In this document: positions 57,944-64,000 of the stretch, piece by piece | Position numbering within the stretch: the first letter of the stretch is position 1 | How the letters are laid out: every line of letters starts with the position of its first letter | NCBI GenBank assembly: GCA_963422365.1 | Contig: OY729426.1 | Span: 2,368,001 to 2,432,000, forward strand | DNA length: 64,000 nucleotides | Direction: 5' to 3' | Origin: Nitrospirales bacterium | GTDB taxonomy: Bacteria > Nitrospirota > Nitrospiria > Nitrospirales > UBA8639 | Notes under the pieces: model-generated | What the model saw: only the letters and a program-made list of their open reading frames with translations | What the model was told of the DNA's origin: nothing | Database searches by the model: none | Position numbers and translations under genes: made by a program

Positions 57944-58438
57944 TTACTTAAAGATCACAAGATGCGACGTAAGATGAGCCGCATGCAGCTGACATCTGAC
58001 CTTCATATTCCTGGCGGCGGTGACGAACGTCAGATCACTCATGGGAATACCAATATACTTGGTTTCCCCAGCCTTCACGACAATCTCGATTTGCATCGAC
58101 GTGGGACCGGCAAAGGCTGAATCGGCAGAAAGGCTGAATCCATGGTCACCATCCAGTGCATTGGTGACTTTGATTAAGACAGGCTGACCTCTCCGACCTA
58201 AGGTTCCCTGGTTTCTCAGATCCAAAATCGCTGTTCCAGGATACCAGGCTTTTTTCCCACCAATCATTAAAGCGGTGAATTCAAGGTCGACATCAAGGCT
58301 TTTAAATGGTTGCCCAACGACCGAGCCGGTTTCGAGATCACCCGTTGTGAAACCGCCTGACTGCAACGCAAATGCAACTGATGACCCAGTTGCAATCAAA
58401 ATAAGACCCAAAAGGACGGATAGAAGCACCTTGTGCAT
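57944..58438 (-). CDS. Secreted nitrosocyanin-like cupredoxin
   Basis: Signal peptide; V.N....DHGFS, VVKAGETK.I, CQLHAAH. Confidence 0.72.
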   Translation of the reverse strand: MHKVLLSVLLGLILIATGSSVAFALQSGGFTTGDLETGSVVGQPFKSLDVDLEFTALMIGGKKAWYPGTAILDLRNQGTLGRRGQPVLIKVTNALDGDHGFSLSADSAFAGPTSMQIEIVVKAGETKYIGIPMSDLTFVTAARNMKVRCQLHAAHLTSHLVIFK

Positions 58439-58562
58439 TGCCTACCTCCTCACTATAAAAAATGACGTTAATAAAAAAGTGACGCTCAAAAACCTCAAAC
58501 CAACTTCAGTTTTCCAAGAACCCTACCTGTTTGTATCCATTTTCTTGCGTATTGAGTTTTCA

Positions 58563-58591
58563 ATTATAGCATATGCCACCATAGGACGCAA
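58563..58591 (-). promoter_or_regulatory. Sigma70 promoter with extended -10 for the cupredoxin
   Basis: Minus strand TTGCGT-17 bp-TATAAT with TGn immediately before the -10. Confidence 0.6.
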
Positions 58592-58826
58592 GGCTGTTTT
58601 TGAGATGAATATACCAACATAATGGAGGGGCTGGGAAATGTATCTGACACTGTTCCGGTCCCCTTTCCCTCAGAAACTCGACTCCCCATTCCTGAGGGCC
58701 CACAACGACCGCGAACCTCATTGAGGGCAGGGACTCCTCAACCGTTGCAGTCTTCCTTGCATAGGGGTCTTCCACGAATGTAGAGTGGAGATGGAGCTTA
58801 ATCCATTGGGTCCTGGTAAGGCCGTT

Positions 58827-59840
58827 ATGAAATTCCTCTTTCCCGTTGCCTTCAGTCTACTCTTCCTCATCCTCTTGCCCTTTTCTGAAATTCTGCCGAA
58901 TGCCGTAGCCTTTTCTATCGAACAACCGAAGAACCACAGCACCCACCCTTCAAACAAAAACATTTCCGTCGTCATCAATATGGGGGAGGCGGCAGGAATT
59001 ACCAAAGTTCGATTCTATTGGTATGAGGAACAGGAAGACATGCTCAAGGAATTCGTCGAAGAAAAGTTAGCCAACGTTGCAACCTCCCCGCCATTCGGAG
59101 CGAACCTCCGACCCCCTCAAGCGGCCATGGGTCTCTATCGCCTTCTAGCCGTTGCCGAACAAGAACACCGACAAGCCAGCGACAAAGAATGGGCGATCTT
59201 TGACGAAATCCTGCTCTGTCTCGAACCAAAGAGCTCGTTGAAAGAAATCGATTTTCAAACCGACAAACCTTTAAGGTTTGGGCGAGCAGGTGCTGTTCGA
59301 GTCTATGATCAGCTAGATTTTTTAGGAAAAATCATCGACCTTCCAGTCGTAGGACGATTTTCAGACGACACGACGCGATCGATTCGCAGCGCAAGCACCG
59401 GGACGACCTATCATGTCGACGATGAATCTGTTATCACCGTCAGCAAAAACGGGCAGCTTCGGTTAGTCGGAAACGGCGCCACGACCGTCACCGTCAGAAA
59501 TAGTGGGGTAGAGCATACGCTTGATGTCCTCGTGGAAGTGAATTTTGAACCAAACCATCCACCCATGGCTGACCCAGGCCCAACCCAGACTGTTTATTCA
59601 GGCGAGACGGTTACACTCAATGGCCTCAAAAGCTATGATCCAGAAGGAGGATCCTTACGGTACGCTTGGGCTCAAATTCGAGGCAGCAAGATTGCTCTTC
59701 TTGACCCCTATTCGCCAAAAGCTCGCTTTCTCGCGCCTTTCGTGGTCGAACCCCGTCTCTTTCGATTTAAACTCAAGGTCACGGATATCCAAGGGGCCAA
59801 CAGTTTGCCCGCCTTTGTCGATATCGTGGTGGAACCGTAG
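58827..59840 (+). CDS. Secreted Ig-like (Big_2) and PKD/REJ-like domain protein
   Basis: Signal peptide; D.SVITVS.NG......G.T.VTV; NHPPMADPGP.QTV..G..VTL.G..S.DP.G..L.Y.W.Q..G. Confidence 0.75.
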   Translation: MKFLFPVAFSLLFLILLPFSEILPNAVAFSIEQPKNHSTHPSNKNISVVINMGEAAGITKVRFYWYEEQEDMLKEFVEEKLANVATSPPFGANLRPPQAAMGLYRLLAVAEQEHRQASDKEWAIFDEILLCLEPKSSLKEIDFQTDKPLRFGRAGAVRVYDQLDFLGKIIDLPVVGRFSDDTTRSIRSASTGTTYHVDDESVITVSKNGQLRLVGNGATTVTVRNSGVEHTLDVLVEVNFEPNHPPMADPGPTQTVYSGETVTLNGLKSYDPEGGSLRYAWAQIRGSKIALLDPYSPKARFLAPFVVEPRLFRFKLKVTDIQGANSLPAFVDIVVEP

Positions 59841-59842
59841 CT

Positions 59843-60349
59843 TTACAGCATTATTTGCGAATCCCCCCCCCAGATTTTCTCCTTTTCGAGTTCTTTCTAA
59901 GAACGCTTCTTCTATAAAGATGGGAGTGCCAAAATGAATCGCCAAGGCAATCCCGTCTGAAGAACGACCATCGAACACTTGGGTTTGGCCGGCACCTGCC
60001 ATCATCAACTCACCATAAAAGACCTGCCCTTTTAGACTGATCAGAACCTGAACAACCATCATACCATAGGCCCGCAACATGGTGTGCATTCAATCATAAG
60101 ACAACGGGCGTGGAGATTTTTGCCCTGTCAGCGTCCCTCTGCATTGACCCCGCCACCGTCGGATCCACAAAAATGGGGGATCATGGATTCTCCTGCCGCC
60201 AATAACACGACAAGTCCCACCTCCGACCAAACGACCTTCACTTCATCCACCGTGACTTGACCTGAAGGAGCCAGGGATTGCGCCTGAATCTGGGTGGCTC
60301 CAACCGCCTCACATCCGACAATGAGAAGCAGCCGTCTGAGATGTCGCAT
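59843..60349 (-). pseudogene. Bifunctional nuclease (DUF151) pseudogene
   Basis: Reconstructs to ...IPIFVDPTVAGSMQRTLTGQKSPRPLSYD*MHTML...FYGEL...FDGRSSDGIALA.... This needs two +1 frameshift corrections and one in-frame TGA, plus a likely third shift in a G9 run. Confidence 0.8.
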
Positions 60350-60539
60350 TCCGCTCTCCTTGAGAGAACCTCTGCTTTATGGTGATAGCAGGATGCAGAG
60401 GGCAAGTCGTCCCGCAGCGAAACCCGAGACCTATCGAGTCGAGAGGTGAGGGGTGAGCAAGGACACAACACGGCAATGCGCCCGATCATGCAAGAAATCA
60501 GAGGTTCCTTTCGTTTGTGGTTCACGGACGAATGCACCG

Positions 60540-61178
60540 TTATCCCGACACGAACGGGTTATGCTCCCGTTCAAGTCCAATCTGCGTAGCCGGACCATGT
60601 CCGGGAATGACTTGAGTGGCAGGATCCAAGGAAAAGAGTCGCTCCCGAATGGAAGACTGAATGGCGCGCGCATCACCTTCCCACAAATCCGTTCGTCCAA
60701 TACCACCACGAAACAGGGTATCTCCCGACAGGACCAATTGCTGGCCAGCAAAATAGAAGCTGAGAGACCCCGGAGTGTGTCCCGGAGTATGTAACACCTG
60801 TCCTGACACATGCCCTAATGACAGCAACTCCCCATCTTGAATCCAACAATCTGGATCCGGTGCAGGGATATAAGGCACCCCAAAAGCCTGACATTGAATG
60901 GCAAGCATCTTCCACAATGCCTGATCATGGGGATGCAAACAAATAGGCGCCTGAGTGGCCTTTTGAATATCTCCGGAAGCTAAAAAATGATCAAAGTGGG
61001 CATGGGTGTGCAGAATACGAACGACCGTCAGTCCAAGACGCTGAACTTCAGCAAGAAGTTGCTCGGGGTTCCCTCCCGGATCAACAATGACCGCCTGGTT
61101 GGATTCCGTATCTCCTAAAATAGAACAATTACACCCGAGCGGAGGAACCACAAAGGTTTTTTGAATAAAATCTTGCAC
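60540..61178 (-). CDS. MBL-fold metallo-hydrolase (glyoxalase II-like)
   Basis: THAHFDH, HTPGHTPG, SGDTLF.GGIGRTDL, IPGHG. Confidence 0.93.
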   Translation of the reverse strand: MQDFIQKTFVVPPLGCNCSILGDTESNQAVIVDPGGNPEQLLAEVQRLGLTVVRILHTHAHFDHFLASGDIQKATQAPICLHPHDQALWKMLAIQCQAFGVPYIPAPDPDCWIQDGELLSLGHVSGQVLHTPGHTPGSLSFYFAGQQLVLSGDTLFRGGIGRTDLWEGDARAIQSSIRERLFSLDPATQVIPGHGPATQIGLEREHNPFVSG

Positions 61179-61273
61179 GAATCGCCTTTCCTTTCCTCAC
61201 GCGCAGCCAACCACCGCCATAGGAAATGGTTGTGGACGGCCTGATCATGCACCCGCCGGATTTGCATTAGCTT

Positions 61274-62242
61274 TTGAAGACACCTACAATCCTGGTCAAC
61301 AGTAGGCTAAGGCAGGTTTCGTCCTCAGTGAAGTTTAACATTTTCTCTTTGGATCGTGTGCCCACGATTGACTCACACCCCATTGTGATCCGCGAGCAAC
61401 CATCCCAAGGCATCCCAACCTCAGCTTGGCATCTGGTCCAGATCTTCCTCCTAAGCCTTCCCTGGGTCTTGTTGACCGGATGCCCTCCTGACAACACGCC
61501 CATTCTTGAGGAAAACGAACAGATCAAAAAACAAATCGTCAAGCAAGAAAGCATCTTGAAGACCCTTCAAGCAGGAAACAGGGTCCTGCAAGAACAGATC
61601 GATCTGCTCAATCAGGAACTTCGAGAAAAGGAGAACAAGTTTGCGAAACAACTTGAACTCTCGCAACAAACAGGGCAAGGCCTTTCCACTGAAAAGCAGA
61701 ACCTGCTCCAACACATGACGGCGTTAACTCAAGAAAATCAGAAACTGCAGTTAGAGAGTCAAAAACTCAAAGGCGATGCCCAATGGCTACGCAAGCAACG
61801 AGAGATTTTTCGACAATCCCTTCAAGCCAATAACCAGAGGGTTAAAGTTCAAAAACTGCCACACAAATTGCCGGATGTGACCAAAGCCGCCTTGCGAGCC
61901 TTAGCGCAAAATGGATACACGTTGATGGCGAAAATGGAAACCGATCAAAAATCGGTGTTTGTCACGGAACGAAAAGACTCCCCCTCTTCCTCGATTGAGT
62001 TGCCCGGTTACCGAAACCAGTACCTCGTGGAATTAGAAGTTCACCCCAACAACCAGACCGCTCTGAAGGTCAAGGCACAGTATGAGAAGATGGGCCAAGG
62101 AGGAAAAATCCTCGAGGTGGGCGACAAAGAAGTCACAGAGATTGAACATCGATTCATTCAGGCCATTCAGCAAGTCCTGAATCAGCCAAAAGAGAAGGCC
62201 AAGCCCAAGGCCATCAAAAAAAACAACCAGCCCCCCCTCTGA
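61274..62242 (+). CDS. Probable coiled-coil lipoprotein
   Basis: Lipobox-like LLTGC, then a long coiled coil. True start is probably downstream of the ORF start. Confidence 0.65.
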   Translation: MKTPTILVNSRLRQVSSSVKFNIFSLDRVPTIDSHPIVIREQPSQGIPTSAWHLVQIFLLSLPWVLLTGCPPDNTPILEENEQIKKQIVKQESILKTLQAGNRVLQEQIDLLNQELREKENKFAKQLELSQQTGQGLSTEKQNLLQHMTALTQENQKLQLESQKLKGDAQWLRKQREIFRQSLQANNQRVKVQKLPHKLPDVTKAALRALAQNGYTLMAKMETDQKSVFVTERKDSPSSSIELPGYRNQYLVELEVHPNNQTALKVKAQYEKMGQGGKILEVGDKEVTEIEHRFIQAIQQVLNQPKEKAKPKAIKKNNQPPL

Positions 62243-62394
62243 GACCCCTTAACCCGAATTTCTCCAGTCCAACTCATCACTTGCCAGCGACCCTCTGCTG
62301 CCCCCTGCCGATGCAGCAGTGCGTGGCGTCATCTCGTTGACACAGTCGACGAACCGAAGAAAAGTCGTTGCTTGTTGACTGAAGGAACATTGAA

Positions 62395-63840
62395 TCAGGA
62401 ACGCGAGCGGGAGGCAGCAAACACACTGTGTCCGGCCTTGAGGTAGGCATCAATCCCAGCAGCGGCTTTGCGGCCTTCTGCAATGGCCCAGACAATAAGC
62501 GAGGCACCGCGTTTGGTATCACCAGCGGCAAAGATGCCCGCTTTGTTGGTCATGAAATTCTGGTCCACCGCCACGTTCCCACGAGCATCGTACTCCACGC
62601 CGAGATTATCGAGCAGTTCGTTTTTGACGGGTCCGGTGAAGCCCATGGCTAAGAGAACCAAATCGACCCCTATGTCGAATTCCGTTCCGGGGACAGGGAT
62701 AAATTTTCCTCCATTACACGAGACTTGATGAGCATGTAATCTGGCAACTTGGCCATTGTCGCCGGAGAACCTCGTTGTCGATACACTCCACTGTCGATCA
62801 CAGCCTTCTTCATGGGCGTGGGAGGTACGCAGCTGCATGGGCCACAGAGGCCACGGTGTGGATTCCGCACGCTGAGGAGGAGGCTCTGGCAACAACTCGA
62901 ACTGATGAACATCCTTACACCCCTGACGGTGTGTCGTGCCCAAACAGTCGGATCCGGTATCGCCGCCACCAATAATCACCACCCGTTTACCTTTCGCAGT
63001 GATCTGTTCGACCGGCAGGCTATCCCCGGCATTCACTTTATTCTGTTGAATAAGATAGTCCATGGCAAAATGGATGCCCTGCAGTTCCCGACCAGGCACC
63101 GGCAAATCACGCGCGTGTTCAGCCCCCAGGGTGAGACACACCGCATCGAACTGCTGGGCCAAGACTTCTCCCGTCACGTCCACACCAACATTCACGCTGG
63201 GTTCGAACTGCACGCCTTCAGCGATCATCTGGTCCAAGCGTCGGTCAATGACCCACTTTTCCATTTTGAAATCCGGAATGCCGTAGCGCAGCAACCCGCC
63301 AATGCGGTCTGCCTTTTCATACACGGTGACACGGTGTCCCGCCCGGACTAATTGTTGGGCAGCCGCCAAACCCGCAGGGCCTGACCCGACAACCGCCACG
63401 GTCTTGCCTGTTTCGGCCACCGGCATGACCGGCTCAATCCAACATTCATCGAACCCGCGATCGATGATGTTCCACTCAATGACACGGATGGAGACAGGAT
63501 CGGAATTGATACCCAGCACACAAGCTGGTTCGCACGGCGCCGGGCACAAGCGACCGGTGAATTCAGGAAAATTATTCGTCGCATGAAGCGCTTTGAGGGC
63601 ATCCTTCCACCGACCACGATGCACCAGATCATTCCACTCAGGAATCAGGTTGCTCACCGGGCATCCAGAGGCGCTCTGACAAAATGGTACGCCGCAATCC
63701 ATACACCGTCCGCCCTGAGCGCGCAGCTTCTCTTCGGGAAACGGTTCATACATTTCCTTCCAATCCAACACCCGTAGCTCGACCGAACGCCGGGGCGGCA
63801 TTTCCCTCGAAACGTTCAAAAACCCGCGTGGATCACCCAT
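62395..63840 (-). CDS. gltD: Glutamate synthase small (beta) subunit
   Basis: MGDPRGF, RCMDCGVPFC, NNFPEFTGRLCPAPCE, GSGPAGL, GGGDTGSDC, SLIVWAIAEGR. Confidence 0.96.
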   Translation of the reverse strand: MGDPRGFLNVSREMPPRRSVELRVLDWKEMYEPFPEEKLRAQGGRCMDCGVPFCQSASGCPVSNLIPEWNDLVHRGRWKDALKALHATNNFPEFTGRLCPAPCEPACVLGINSDPVSIRVIEWNIIDRGFDECWIEPVMPVAETGKTVAVVGSGPAGLAAAQQLVRAGHRVTVYEKADRIGGLLRYGIPDFKMEKWVIDRRLDQMIAEGVQFEPSVNVGVDVTGEVLAQQFDAVCLTLGAEHARDLPVPGRELQGIHFAMDYLIQQNKVNAGDSLPVEQITAKGKRVVIIGGGDTGSDCLGTTHRQGCKDVHQFELLPEPPPQRAESTPWPLWPMQLRTSHAHEEGCDRQWSVSTTRFSGDNGQVARLHAHQVSCNGGKFIPVPGTEFDIGVDLVLLAMGFTGPVKNELLDNLGVEYDARGNVAVDQNFMTNKAGIFAAGDTKRGASLIVWAIAEGRKAAAGIDAYLKAGHSVFAASRSRS

Positions 63841-64000
63841 GAGCATGTACCTCTTTCTCTTGGATGCTTTTTTTCGCCGCTGCTTTGCGTTCCGCCAACA
63901 CCCGCTTGTAATCCAAGGGCATAACCTTGACAAACTTGGGAAGCATGATTGACCAGGAGTCCAACATCATCCGGGCCTTGCGGCTTCCCGTCTCGCGGGC
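63833..64000 (-). CDS. gltB: Glutamate synthase large subunit, C-terminal fragment
   Basis: Hand translation ...PKFVKVMPLDYKRVLAERK...AHG*; the stop overlaps the gltD start. Confidence 0.9.
   Translation of the reverse strand, partial: ARETGSRKARMMLDSWSIMLPKFVKVMPLDYKRVLAERKAAAKKSIQEKEVHAHG

Noticed and set aside
60088..60093. Selenocysteine or read-through at the in-frame TGA
   Set aside because: The position corresponds to Leu in the DUF151 motif (DL), and the gene also has frameshifts.
1..64000. CRISPR array, rRNA/tRNA, transposase, integrase, prophage or defence genes
   Set aside because: No regularly spaced repeats, structural RNA signatures or mobile-element proteins seen.

Overview
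A chromosomal core-metabolism region, almost entirely on the minus strand and about 50% GC by eye. The gene content is that of a nitrite-oxidising Nitrospirales (Nitrospira-like) bacterium; this assignment is inferred from gene families and synteny. Left to right: (1) 1-13.4 kb, an accessory and maturation cluster for a periplasmic DMSO-reductase type II molybdoenzyme, most likely nitrite oxidoreductase (NXR). It has two tandem pentaheme cytochromes c (the first is missing from the ORF track), a PDZ protein, two EB_dh/NxrC-like gamma-subunit candidates, NHL and TPR proteins, tatA, a membrane protein, a B12-binding radical SAM enzyme, a TorD-type chaperone and a NapF-like ferredoxin. nxrAB is not in the window. 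(2) A WD40 protein and a sigma54-type two-component system. (3) secF-secD-yajC-tgt-argS, a GT9 glycosyltransferase and mobA. (4) 27-43 kb, two CydA-like 'bd-like' oxidase genes with no cydB. The first is co-transcribed with three membrane c-type cytochromes and an unannotated 38-aa membrane peptide. The second sits with FGE-like, DUF3047, DUF420, PCP_red and methyltransferase genes. (5) 42-58 kb, a copper-rich block: a giant MnxG-type multicopper oxidase with an internal LysM insertion, three MauL-like proteins with type-1-copper motifs, HEAT and YyaL-like proteins, a Rieske ferredoxin and a nitrosocyanin-like cupredoxin. (6) A decayed DUF151 pseudogene, an MBL hydrolase, a lipoprotein, gltD and the 3' end of gltB. 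I saw no rRNA, tRNA, CRISPR array, transposase or prophage gene. The best candidate for an undescribed system is the multicopper-oxidase/cupredoxin module, possibly wall-tethered, next to the cytochrome-c-fed bd-like oxidases. All family calls rest on motif recognition by eye, not database searches.
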